DNA of 64,000 bases from Nemertoderma westbladi. Its lineage: Eukaryota; Animalia; Xenacoelomorpha. Numbering within the stretch: position 1 is the stretch's first letter; every line of letters starts with the position of its first letter. The translations under genes were made by a program, and so were the position numbers. Under the pieces are notes generated by a model that was given only the letters and a program-made list of their open reading frames with translations, did no database searches and was not told the DNA's origin. Positions 51,008-63,999 of this stretch are shown piece after piece. The stretch covers positions 1-64,000 of the forward strand of contig JAUCBJ010008848.1 of assembly GCA_032718475.1 (NCBI GenBank), in the 5' to 3' direction.

Positions 51008-54000
51008 TCAAGCTGTCGGTGGTTCCAAAACGCTAGGAAAGGGGACGACGGGAGTTGCGTACATCCGTCGTGCGCTCAGTCCTCTAAATCCTCGTCCGAT
51101 TCCAATCGTTGGCTTAACATCGGATCGAGTCTCCACAACGCTAGGAGGAAGTCGAAAGGGTGGGACTGTTCCGTCCGCTGACACCTCGCTCTCTGATGTA
51201 GTCTGAATTCTAATGGGTTCCGGCAAAGCATATCCTGTCCCTCCGCGTGGTTCTCTAGCGAGGGAAACCGTGCCCCGAGTCATCCGGATTTGCGACTTCG
51301 ATGTCGTCCTCTCGGCGACATTTACTATCTTCTTTATCTCTTGTCCGGCCTTCTGGGCTCTAAGTATATGAAGTTGCGGATCTTCCTGTGGGTGTCGAGT
51401 CTTTTCGGCTAACGGCGTGGCCTTGAAGCCAGTCTCACGCAGAACGTCCGCCTCATCTAAAATACACGAGGTTACGCGTTTGTGATAAAATGCGCTCCGG
51501 TATGCCCAAGCTATAGAATGCCAGGCTCCTCGATTCCGCTGTTCGACTCGAAATTTGTCAAATTCCCCGGCGGTAATCTTGTTCACCACAGTTTGAAAGT
51601 TCCATGTGTTCTTATTGTCGGGGTGTACCTGTAGGAAGTAGTCCCGAACAACCTTAAATCCGCTATCCAAAGGCAATATATCCAGCACCTCCAAGAGTTC
51701 ATCGTATTGAGGCATAGCTGACACGTATCCTTCTTTCGACATTATGAGAGGGTTTACGGCCCAAAATCCCAAGTGTGCTCTCATAGGGAAACGGCGTCGC
51801 TGTGTCGATACATGCTCGTCTGCTAGATTCTCCCAATGGTCGAATAGCTGTCGAATGATTTTAACTGACATATGCTCATAGGGGATGTCCCTAAGTTGAC
51901 ACTCTGATGCCCTATGACCTTTAATGTTACAATACATGCACTGCGCCACGAAATGCCAGCAAGTGTAGAAAGTGTGCAAACGTTGATCCCCACACCAGTT
52001 ACATACTAGGTCCGGTAGAGATATATGTTTCGCTCCGCATTTCTTTGCGGGCCAGTTGCCCCGCATCTGCCACAAATTGTGTTGGCAGGGTACCAAACTC
52101 GCTCATAGATGAGATCTCCGATGGGGCGAGCGCTACCGTCCACGTGATAATTCTCATCATACGGGTCAGTCAGTATGTTCGTCTCCGTAGGTTGTGCACA
52201 AACCATGGCATCGCTTTTCTCCAACTCGCGTATCTCAGTTCGCGTCTTCCTCGGAAGGTTCTCCTCTATCTCTATGAGTTGCCGCAATGGTTTGTCTATT
52301 ATCGCAAACTCGGTTGGACCCACATCATCATGATGGGCGGTAGGCTCACGAGCCTTCCAGGATCCTTCCGGGCCTTTGAATTCCGCGTGGCGTTCCCCAT
52401 CGTAGGGTAGTAACGTCAACATCGACGGTCTGTCGACTAGGCTTCCCGTGTGAGTGAGATAGACGTCCCTGAAAACGCTAAGTCCCGCTCGCGTGAAAAC
52501 TTCGCAGTGCGCATCGGTGTTATAAAAGGGTTGGAGAAATCGGCGGAATACATCAGTATGCATCCTTTCTCCGTCGTAAAAGGTATGTCCTTCACCGAGA
52601 CATAACGGATGTCGCTTTAAAGTCCTAGACACTACATCGGCGATGAAGCAAACGTTTACCGAAGATTCTATCGCCAAATAGTATTGCAAGATTATTCGTG
52701 GAGGTGAGATAATCGCCCAGTACACACAACCTCGCCACTTCAACTGTGACTCAAACTCGTTTACGCCGGGCGTATCTCACTCATCGTATACGTCCGTGTA
52801 TTTGCTCCTCTTGCTCTCCTTATAATCCCAACTAAACATTAGGTATGAGATATAACCCGTTCCAGTTTTTAGCGTGTTATACTCCCTGAAATATCCTTGC
52901 TCAATAGCCCAAAGCAACAATGGTCTAGTATCCACGTATGCCGTAGGCAATCGATCCTCCTCCATGGGCATTCCTGCGAAATCGATAATAAGGTCATCCC
53001 GTACACCGGATCCGATCTTGACGATACTTTTATCAAGTACAACGTCTCGTACGGACGGCCTTTGGTAACATCCTAGCTTCTATGCTACAAGCCAGGTCCA
53101 TGGATTTAACTATCCGTTTTATCATCGGCATAGGCATCTTTCTGTCGCTCCTCTGTCGGCTGAAGACATGTAACACGCCATCTGGTGCTCGAATCTGTAT
53201 GGTCTTTGAAGTGAGGCTTTGCTGATGGCTTCCTCCTTCATTATCGTAAAACATATAACCATTCTCCTTCAGAGATCGGCTAGTTGCGTCCCAATCGTTG
53301 AGTAAATCGTCGGTAGGGTTCCAAATTCTCCCTATTGACTTTTCATCGTCGAAACTAATAGGTTTTCCTGTCCAATTGGTCGCAATATCGGTGTGGGTCT
53401 CAAACGTGCCGACTCCGATCCATAATCGAATCGTTTTCGTCAGATATCCTCGCAAGATGCAAGGTGCGATATCCGTCCCCGCGCGATCCACTTCCTTAAA
53501 GTCCATAATATGTGGAGGCACATTGCGTACGATTTTCTGTACTATCGTCCTACGCAACTCTAACAGACTGACTCTAACACATCACCAAAGGTAACCGATG
53601 GGAGGAAATCCAGGTTCGAAATGATCTCCGGGTGTTCAACTATAGGAATCTCATAAGTTGTCTCCTCTCGGGTCGGTATACTAATAGGAAAGCTGGTTGG
53701 TCTCGCGACTGGTACTATCGCTTTAGTAGGACGGGGTTGAGGTTCTTGCGTCATCTCGACGTAAGGTATCTGTAGTCTCTGCGACAAATGCTGAGCAAAG
53801 GTGATACTATCGAAGAGCTTGGGTGTCATCTCCTTAGGTTCGGTTTGATTGTGGGATATCTATGGGGATATGCACTGAGCATATGAGAATATGAGGTGGA
53901 GAAATATCAACATAAATCACGATCATATAATGTAGAATAGAATGTATGAGGAATACAATGCGGTACACACAACGATAGTGCGGCAGTGTTCGACAGAGTC

Positions 54001-56939
54001 CCGAGTCCAGACCTGTGTCCTTGAAGGACCCCTACAGCAGTACAGTACAGAGACAGTATATGCCAGTATGCCAGATAAGCAGAGCACTAGGCTATGGGCT
54101 GCATAGCGCGCGTAGCAGTAGTCTGACTGTGACGTCATTGCGTGTCACGCGGGTATCTCTAGGTATAAGCAGCGCGGGCTGCGTCCGCGTAGTAGATGCG
54201 TACAGTATATCATCACACCCCCTTCTAGGTTATCAGTGGAAGTGAATAAACTACCCAAGTCTATAGTCTGTTGGGTGGGCGTCTGTGACGTCGAGGGTAG
54301 GTGCGCTGTGGTGAGGAGCGCGCAGGGATTAGTGTTTCGCTGGTGAGCGGTGTCGCCCAGCGAATGCCTTTGGGTGAGCCAGACTCGGTGGTGTCATCAT
54401 TCCTTTGTGTCCCAGTGGCAGCGTTTAGTGGTGTACCAGCGGTGGTTGTCCCCTGGAGACCCATTGGTAGTGTCCCGTGTTGTCCCAGCATTGGTGTCCC
54501 GTCGTGTTGTCCCGGTGGCGGTGTCCCTTAGGAGGTGGCGACGGTTACGGGTGAGGCAATGGCCGGACATTGTACGGATGCGATAGCTGCGATGGGAAGC
54601 TTCCTCGGCCACGACCCCGGTGCGATCCCAACGCTTTGTGGTCGGGTTCTGGATCCGCACAGGGTCCCCCACTGTGAGAGTGGGAAGTGGTTTGGCCCCA
54701 CGGTTATAATAGGACGCCTGTGATGTCATCAGCGGTGGCACAGCGGTGTCTAGCGCTGTCCGTGTCGCTTGATGGTCGGCGTTGAAGGCCCTGCTGTGCA
54801 TGGGCACCCGCGAGCGTATGGGGTGTCCAAACAGGATTTGGGCTGGTGATAAACCAGGGACTGTGTGGCGTCGAGGAGCGCGCAGTAGTCGCGGTAGTCC
54901 CGGGCCGTCTCGCAGAGCAAGTTGAGGGCGAGGTCCGCGAAGTTGTCAGTGGGCTCCGAACCCTCCGTAATGGCCGCAACCGTTGCTATGGTAACCGCGT
55001 GGAGATGGTAGGCCATCTCGCCATCGTCGATCAGGTCGTCGGGGGACGGATCATCGACGGGTGCACGGGATAACGCGTCAGGAATGCGGTGCTCCTTTCC
55101 TTTCCTCCATACCATTGTGAAGGAGTAAGGAGTGAGTTTCGACTTAAGCCGCTGGAGGCGTGTGTTATCCGTGGAGTCGATCGTGTATCGATCGAGGATT
55201 GTCACCAGTGGTTGGTGGTCGACAATGAGAGTGAAGTTGGGGAGGACCAGTAGGTAAAGTCTACATTTGTGGGCAGCCCAGGCAACGGCGAGCAGTTCGA
55301 GCTCCACCATCGCATAGCGCGACTCGGTTTCGGTGATAAACCGCGATCCGCACTCCACTAATCTCTAGTTGTCGTCATGGCGCTGGAGTAGCGCGTACCC
55401 GAGTCCGTTCTTCCGGGAAGCATCGGTCTCGAGTTTAGTCTCACGTTCCGACTCGAAGGGAGCGAGAACTGGGGGCGAGAGAAGCAAGAGTTTTGTTCTC
55501 TCGAAAGCCGCCTTGTGGTCGGAGGTCCAGAGGAAGGAGTTTCGCGAACTGAGGAGGGGGCGGAGGGGCGACATTGTAGAGGAAATGTCGGCCGAAAACG
55601 GGGTGAGTTGTTCGACGAGTCCGACGAAACTCCGCAGGTCGGTTATGTTTGTCGGCCGCGGGAAACTCGCGATGGCCCGGAGCTTTGCCGGGTCGGCCCA
55701 TATCCCGTCAGCCCCGACAAGGTAGCCCGCGAACTTGACTTCGCGCTGGGTGAACTGGACCTTGTCGGGATACAGGGAGATGCCTGCCTCGCGACAGCGC
55801 TGGAGGAAGCACCGAACACTGGCGAGGTGCTCGTCGAGAGAGTTGTTGTACAATAGGACGTCGTCGACGAGTTTAGTGAGGTTTGGCAGGTCCCGGAGGG
55901 CATCGTCGCCCCGCCGGTTGTACTCGTCCCCGCTTGAGATGAGTCCCATAACACTCCGACAGTGTTTGTAACGGCCCCAAGGCGTCACAAAGGTGGTGAG
56001 GGGTTGGGTTTCCTTCTCGAGGGGTACCTGCCAGTAGCCGGAAGCCGTGTCGAAGGCAGAGAAGAACTTCGCCAAAGTAAGGTAAGCAGCGCGGGCTGCG
56101 TCCGCGTAGTAGATGCGTACAGTATATCATCACAATATCCAGTAAAATGGTAGGCTCGCGAGCCTTCCGCCAAACTCCTCGATCTCGCCTTTCTCGTACG
56201 CCTCGTACGCCCTGTAGAGGCTCAAAGCTTCCCGTTTCTCTTGTGTCGACTTATTAGACTCGTCCACTACCATATTGTAGATGTCTGGTTCGACTAATTT
56301 GGGTTCGTAAATAACGATCTCACCCACGTTCGGTGCACTCATCTTGAACGAATGGTACGGATTTGTCAAAGGGTATCCGCCTTCTTGGTAACGCAGACTT
56401 TGGTGGTATGAGCATCGTGCTAATATCGGCTCGGGGTTCTCCGAGTTCAATCGCATAGGAATCGCGTTGTCTTGCTCGCGCATACATGCTCCACATTTGT
56501 AAAACAGTTTATATATGGAGAACGCGTCCTTTGTCTCTGGATCCGCTCCTGGAGCGCGTCTATAAAGATGCGTTCCATCAAATTCGTCTCTGGCTGCAGG
56601 CAAGGGTTCGTTTGCCGTCAAACATTGCAGCGTATGATATAATCGGCGTATCTCCGTGTCTGGATCCTTGCAAATGTCACTGGCGTCGCATAATGCATCG
56701 TAGGGATACAAGGCATTGAACTCCCCGCGTAATTCCTCCGCTCTTTTGTTATAAGTGTCCAATCGCTGTTTTGTAATATTCAGGTCCGCCTTGGATTTAG
56801 CGAGCTTGGCTGTACTCCTAGCCATACTCTCCACTCCAAACACGCTAAAGTTTTTAGCTCCATAACAATTAAACGGCGCCTGGTGCTCCTGTTCCTGCAT
56901 AAACCCCTGACGTAACTCCTTATAAATCTTCTCCGCCAT
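51008..56939 (-). pseudogene. Accessory ORF of BEL copy B (about 1200 codons when rejoined), zinc-knuckle protein, split by a Gypsy insertion and frameshifts
   Basis: Same-strand fragments 56130-56939, 53560-53860, 53033-53557, 52777-52971, 52006-52743, 51008-52096. Contains CGRC, CNWC-x5-H-x4-C and CMYC-x4-H-x4-C. Confidence 0.7.
53861..56134 (-). mobile_element. Internally deleted Ty3/Gypsy element (Mag-like) with TSD
   Basis: TSD ATATC (53856-53860, 56135-56139). 3' LTR 53861-54217 with PPT AGAAGGGGG. About 52 bp of the 5' LTR at 56083-56134. RT (GYWQV, VDD), RNase H (TDAS, ELELLA, DHQPL, PDALSR) and integrase C-terminus (YYNRGAKPLPTL..GDPVRI). Confidence 0.92.
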
Positions 56940-58337
56940 TATACACGCGTATATATGGTTACATATCGTTACGTTTCTACTAGATGAAGCACAAAATAGA
57001 GGTTAGATGTGAGGAGACTTAGAGTTTGTCGGCTTTTGGCTCAACTTTGCTCTAAAACGTACAAAACAAAAAACGTACTACGTAGAACAAGTGTTCGCGC
57101 TTTTGAAGACCTTTAGCAGTTTAACCTGCCAAAATTTATATGTCTTTTAGTTAATTAAAACACCCTTAGCATACGACAATATTTTATGCTAATAAACAAA
57201 ACATTAACCGAAGCCAGCCCATGCGCGATCATTCACCCGATGGATACACCCGGGAGGCTGAATTCGGCTGCTTAAATTTTATTATTGCAGTGTAAGGTTG
57301 CAGTGTAAACCTACTGTATTATTCGATTGATCACTAATAATTAATTTCTGACAGATATTATTGGCTTTTGGGAAATATTAACAGTTCCTTTAGGACGTGG
57401 CGCTCTATCTATTTAAACAGAGCTAGGACTTATACTAAACGCAACGATACTGCTTATGATTAAAGTATAAGGCGCATTCTTTAGGAAATGCTTTGTTACC
57501 AATCACAATCATGCACACTATTCTGCCGACCGTCAGTAAATTTGATCACACATAAAGAGAGCAGCAATTGACTCATGTAGGGTCTGCTAAATAACATTAG
57601 ATTCAATACACACCACATTGATATAAATCGCAATTGTTATATATAGCCTGTCTCTCTAACCTGTAGTGTATCAAGAAAATTGGGAAATTTGGGTGATTTA
57701 TCCGTATTCTCCAAAGGGCAATATTTCATCAACAAATAGATACAATTAATAACTGACGGTAAATAACAGTACAAACAATATGATTAATAGTGAGTTAATT
57801 AGATCAGTTAGATTAGATAACAGTTATACTTTCGATAATTTAAGCAGTTTTACTAGAGTTGTTCCAAAAGCCGGTGTTATGGCGAAATATGGGAACACAA
57901 CAACAGAAACATGTGACTACTTGACTATACGAGGACACCAACTACCCTTATTCCCCGAAGCTCCCGTCCAACACAGAGGATGAGCATACAGATAGGAAAT
58001 TCAGTTCAGTAGCTCTGGGATAGGTCAAAATCAACGCCCACTCAAATTCTATTGGCCGATACGGACAGCAGGGCTGAGGCAACCTCCCTAAGCTGGTTGG
58101 CCGATCGAACAGAACCCAGATACCTTCGTACAGCACATCAGCCAATAAGCTGGTAGCTTGCACTATTTTAGCTATAGATCCCTTTTAGAGTATTCTAGCG
58201 ACCGGGGGGGAACTGGCCAGCAAGGCAAACGAATCAGTTATCCCACAAAAGCTTTTACACCGCTCCCAGAAAATGGGATTTAAGTCTATAAAATATACAA
58301 AATCACAGTTTCTAAAATATAAAAATACTCTAAACAG

Positions 58338-59786
58338 TTAGTCTTTCTTGCGCGGACGGCGTTTACGCAGTTTTTTAAAGCTAGCAAGAGTCCTTTTCTC
58401 TTTGGGGCGAGCCACTTTACGAGGAGGGCTATAACTCCTGGGTGAAGGGTGCAATATGATTGCATCAGAAGGTATGGGATTGCGATCGGTGTATCCGCCG
58501 GTCGAAGTACCGGGTTGATTGACATCAACGTCCGGGGAGAGGGGTCTAACGGCTTTGAGAGCTCGTTTCAAGACAGCCGCTCTTACGGGTCCTTTACGAG
58601 TGGTCTGAACGAGGGCCGTGGGTGGACCATAGGCAGTTAGAAACTTCCTTGGTTTAATGGTTCTTTCCAACTCGCGTTCGCGGGCTCGGTACTCGTAAGG
58701 CCGTCGATATACTTCTTGTAACTCAGGGTGTGAGTTGACGAATAAGTCTCCATAGGCAGGGTCTTGACGGATAAAGTTTATTAAGTTGTAAGAATGGATG
58801 TCACTCGGATTAATGCTCCTGAGAAATTTACGTACATATTTGGTTGAAATACATTCTCCAACGCGCTTCAGTAGTTCATAACTTGATATGCGTGATTTCT
58901 GCTCGACGGAGGCAAACAAATAAGGATGGAACGCATAAACTCCTTCGTAAGCGCGTCCAGGGTAATAGCGATGGCGTGAATCACAATGTAAATCAGCGTT
59001 CGCTTCCCAAGCTCTGATATAACGTAGTACAATCATTTCATCTACGCTCTCTAAATCATGATTAAAGGGACAATCAAAGCTGGCGTGTCCTTTTAATTGA
59101 CAATGGTGACATTGAGTCATAAATTGAGGGCAAACCGCAAAAATGTGCAAGTTATTGAGTCTGTAATACGCGCAATAAATTTCCATCGTCGGTTGTTCGT
59201 GGAAATAGGAACAGCGGACGTTTGTGTCCATGGGCGTAACATGGTCTCTCGATGCGCATAACCGACAACATTGCCGAGAAACATAGTTGGCATGGCGATA
59301 ATCGTACGCAGTGAGACACTGTGGACCTTGATACCATTCTAGGAGGTAATCGTTGTCGTTGTTCCGGGCGCGATAGGCTGAATCTCCTCAGATTCTAGGC
59401 ATATTGGTTCGTCTTCCCAGTCTGTTACGAATATAATTTTCGTGATCTATTCTCGGTTTATCGTTACGACTCCGCTGGGTATGATATTTAAATAGAACCA
59501 TTTCCCTTTCGGTGTATACATCGTCCGTATCATGTAAATCGATAGGATGGCTGGTAGTTAGGAAGTCCATATACGTACCATTACGATGCGTATAGCGAGC
59601 GGTTAATTTTCGATAGTCCAATTCACGCGTAAGTTGCTCTTGGGACGTCGGCGGTTCGATATAACGACCATCGTCCTCCGTAATGGTTGGATCGGCTTCA
59701 CCGCGTATCAAGCTATCCACAAATGCTTGTAAAGGTAGAGTATATCGTTCCCTGATACCAAGATCATCTTCTATTAATTCCGTCAT
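58338..59786 (-). CDS. Accessory zinc-knuckle ORF of BEL copy C, about 482 codons with one internal TGA (59388-59390)
   Basis: ORFs 59388..59786 and 58338..59231 are in the same frame and the 52 intervening codons are open. Contains CRLC-x4-H, C..H-x4-C, CHHC-x4-H-x4-C and a basic C-terminus KKLRKRRPRKK. Confidence 0.75.
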
Positions 59787-61436
59787 ATCTGCTATCTGAG
59801 TTTATTAATATTAGTATGAGTCAATATTTAGGCAAGTGGGCGTCGCTGCCTACTAGTCTTTGCCCCCGGACAGTGGGTTTCTCAGCGCCGATGTACTGTT
59901 GTCGCGGTGTTTACGCCAACATGTAGCAACAGCACGACAACGATAACCGGCACAAGTCCCACCACTGTCCGTCCCAAAGGCTTGAATCCACTTGAGGTTA
60001 TCTCGGTAGAGTTAGGGCTACTTTACAATTGCGATTAGCTACTGTAAACACACTTTAGTAGTAACATTCACTTATAAACGCACAAATTCCATACAATCAT
60101 TACTTACTGCACACATGCAGGCCATTTGTCCGTTAGTCAGTGTCTTCCAGAATGTCACGTTATTACTATGTATCCTTGGATACATAGTAATTAAGGAAAT
60201 ATTATTAAGAAAGATTATAGGAAATAAGAGTATACTCTTATGCTACGCAATGGGGCAAGCTTTTTGTTGTTCCTTTAACTTGCTTCTAATTCTAGCGTGG
60301 GTGTTGCCATGGTGACATTATGGAAAACTAGCGGTAGAATTAGGGTAATTCTCATGCATACAGATCTGGGATGTTATTTAATAGTAATTCTTTAATTGTC
60401 AATATCCTCTTTATGCATGATTTTATAAATTTTATCGGCTATTGACTATATGCTGGAGATTCTCGCACTTTAATACACTCAATATGAATCTCCGCTCCCA
60501 TGATCTATTAATTACTGGAATTTTGGGAATGTTATAAATTGCACAAAATGACAATTTATGAAATTCATTTGAATATGAATTTAAATTTATTCCCGTGAAT
60601 TTTATTATTTGATGTTAAAATTGACACAATTTGATTCCAGAGCAGGTCTGGGGGCATAGGATCCTTAATTCTATGACAATTGTCTTTTAAGAGTATCGGT
60701 AAGTGCTGCGATATCTTAATTGACTAGAAATTTAAAGGATCTGAATTTTACAGATTTTACTAAATATTAAATTAATATTTAAGATGGGCACCGATTTATT
60801 CCAGAACTTGTCTGGGGACGTTAACCACTGATTCTAGAATTTGTCTTTCAAGTATATCGGTGGGTGCCGCGATATCTTAATCGACTAGAATTACAGATGG
60901 TCAAAGTTTAACAGATTTATTTGCGTTTTACGCTACTGTTATATGGACATCACGCTACTATATGTATTATTTAATATAAGGTAGAAGAGCAATATCGCAC
61001 GAAGCAATGTCAGTGTGAAGAGGCAAGTCGTTTCCAAGGTCTACCCAGAGCTTGGTTTAGCCGAGACACGAGGATCTGAACTTTGCATTCCTAATACTCT
61101 GCCTACCAATAATACTTGAATATAGTAGTGGCTTTATTGTACTTTAAGAAGTACGGACATTTCATCTTACTGTAGTCACGTATTTATAATATGATACGGA
61201 CAGTAAGGAAAGAGAAAAAATTATTTCTCGCCGTCGCACTAAATATATATTATAAGTAATTACGTACGTAATAAACACTAATATATTGCACTAATCTACT
61301 AAATAATCACTAAAAATAACATTCTACTAAATAAAATTGAATAAAAACGATTATAATAAAGTACATAATAAAGTTTGCATATAAAGATATAACAAAATAG
61401 ATAAAATAATATAGTCATACACCCACTCCAGACGTA

Positions 61437-63999
61437 TCACGTTTGGGAGTCCCTAGATGTTTGAGGAATTAGGGAGGTGGTCGTGGGAAGAGTGTCCTGT
61501 CTTCCATAGTTTCCAGAGAGTTCTCTGTCTCTTTCCAGTAAACATAAACGACCAACTGGGCGATTGAGTTGTTGCGTCTCAAAGATTATACCGGGCTTCT
61601 TGAAGTTACGCCGCATAACGATGAGTTCTACTGAACGCACTAAACCATCCTCCGAAATATGGGTCTCGATGATACGACCTGTCTGCCACCGTTTACGTGG
61701 GAGGTCTGGATCTACAATAAGTACCATATCTCCGGCGCTGACGTTTTCCTGCTGCGCAAACCACTTAGTTCGAAGTTGTAGCGTGGGCAGGTAATGTTTC
61801 TCGAAATGGTCAGCGAAACGACGGGATAGCAACTGCATAAGTTGCCAAGTTCGACGGCAGTATTCGTCTCCGTCGGCAATCTCCGATCGTGGGAGCATGG
61901 CTACCGGTTTCTTCAGTAGGAAGTGCGCAGGTGTTAGCGCTTCCAGGGAATCGGGACTCGATGAGACTGGCATAAGCGGTCTCTCGTTGAGATAGGCAGC
62001 TATTTCCTCCATTAACGTCCGCAAAAGTTCGTCGGTGAGATACGCACGGCATGGCACTATAAAGTGAAATGCGGTCCTTAACACTTCTAATTAATCTCTC
62101 CCAACTTCCTCCCCACCAAGGGGCGTCGGCGGCGTTGAAGGTCCAGCTAGACGCTGTTATCCTTAGCTGGTCATCCACCTGTCTTTGGTTCCAGTCTTTT
62201 ACGTAAGCCTGTATTTCGTTGTTGGCACCAATGAAGTTCGTTCCCTTGTCCGATCTCATGGTATTACTCGTACCGAAGCGAGCGATCTGTCGTCGTAAAC
62301 TTAAGACGAAACTGTTGGTAGATAGATCGTTCACCATATCGAGATGGATGGCTCTGCAAGTCATGCACACGAAGATGACACACCATCTCTTGACTATAGT
62401 CCTCGCACGATATACTTCAATAGGGCCAAATAAATCTACACCAGTATTAGTAAAAGGTGGTTCATAGAAGCTTACTCGTTCCCTAGGTAATTCTGCCTCT
62501 CGCTGTGTTAAAGGCCTACTGAATGTTTTCCTACAGGGTATGCAGTTCCTAAGAACTTGGTTCAGAGCCCTACGGGGTTTATCAAAATAATAGCGAGTTC
62601 GAATTTCGCTAAGAACTCGTTCTCTTCCAGCATGATAAAGCTTACTGTGAACATCTACAATCATCTTGATTTGTACTTCAAGATTTCTAATGAGTATGGG
62701 GAATTTAGTGTCAAAGGATAAGGGTGCATTGGTTAACCTTCCTCCAACACGTATTAACCCATCTATCATTGTGCTAGAGAATCGATCCCTTAAGCGCATC
62801 TGCGGATTTCTCAACAACAGGAAATACTTTTCGGAATCCTCATAGCATTGCAGGAGTCTCAGTATCTGTTTATTAGTCTCTTCATGCTCCTGGTGACTAA
62901 TTTTCTCCTTTAGAAAACTGTCAGATATCTTATATTTAGGTAAGTTTTTAATAACATGAACTTGTGCAGATGTCAATGGAGCGTTATCACTGGTGGTCTT
63001 CGCCCTGGAGTATTGATGATGAAAGCATCTCTTTAAATATGTGACGGCTTTACAGAGCCGATTCCAGGAACTGTAGTGATGCATCGCTCTCTGCAGCAGG
63101 GGTGAGATTCCTTGCGAGACGTCTGGTATTCCAGATTTCCAATCTCTATCTCGAATTTCCGCAACAGACTTATTTATAGCGAGGGATTGTGGATCCAAAT
63201 CATCGTTTCCGGAAACATGTAATACAGATAGATCGATAGTCGGTTTAAATAACTTCGATTTACTCGCCCGGGTTTTAGGTTTGACGGTCTCCGCTCCCTT
63301 GGCTTGTCTAATTTCCGCCGTAGTAAGGTGAGGAGGCCATTCGTCCTCTTCCATGCTCAGGAAGTCGGGTCCACCCAACCAATCTGGAGTATCTATCAGT
63401 TCCTGTGGAGTTGCTCCCCTGGAGGCGATATCGGCTGGATTAATCGTACCAGGGCAATGTCTCCATTGATCTATCTTTGTGCGACTAAGAATAATAGCTA
63501 CCCTGTTAGTAACAAAAACGCTGAACTGACAGACTTCATTGGTTAGATATTCCAACACGAGTAAAGCGTCGGTCCAATAAACCGTTTTCTCCAGTGGGTA
63601 ATCGATTTGTTCCGTTACGTTCCGGCCGATGGCTGTAGCGTATAAAGCCACTTTTAACTCCGCTCGAGGAACCTTTAACTTGTTGTTAATCAGTGCCTTA
63701 GAGGTAACCAAGGCGACTTTGATCCCATCCGGAGTTTCGACTCGCAGATATGCTATTATACCTATTCCCATGTCGCTGGCGTCTCCAAACACATGGAGTT
63801 GATAGGAATACGTCGGAAGAACGTGTCCAAAATATGCACGGGAAATGATAAAGTTCTCGATGGCAGGTAGAGAATCTTCCCATTTCATCCATTTCTTCAA
63901 CAGTTCTCCCTTAAGCGGATCATCCCATGAGTGGTTTTCAAGCCACATCTGTTCTACTAAACTCCGAGCAATCAATATAACTGGGCTAATAAATCCCAA
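61437..63999 (-). CDS. BEL/Pao Pol C-terminal part (RNase H/Pao domain and integrase), one frameshift near 62080
   Basis: LHVFGDAS, PRAEL, YWTD, NPADIASRG, RVGGRL, H..YHAG..CIPC, GVDLFGP, SDKGTNFIGA, GGSWERLI, LNERPL, LTPAHFL, DGLVRSV. Confidence 0.93.

Larger units (their letters stand above)
41418..57091 (-). mobile_element. BEL/Pao copy B (same family as A): accessory ORF, 3' UTR and 3' LTR, with nested inserts; pol lies beyond element C
   Basis: LTR 41418-42685. Collinear similarity to A at 42918-43110/34826-35020, 50250-51070/35225-35880 and 56975-57056/36640-36722. Confidence 0.75.

Noticed and set aside
58338-59786. env gene or ordinary BEL gag
   Set aside because: No visible signal peptide, TM helix or furin-plus-fusion-peptide layout. 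It lies 3' of integrase, is followed by PPT/LTR rather than protease, and lacks recognisable BEL gag motifs.
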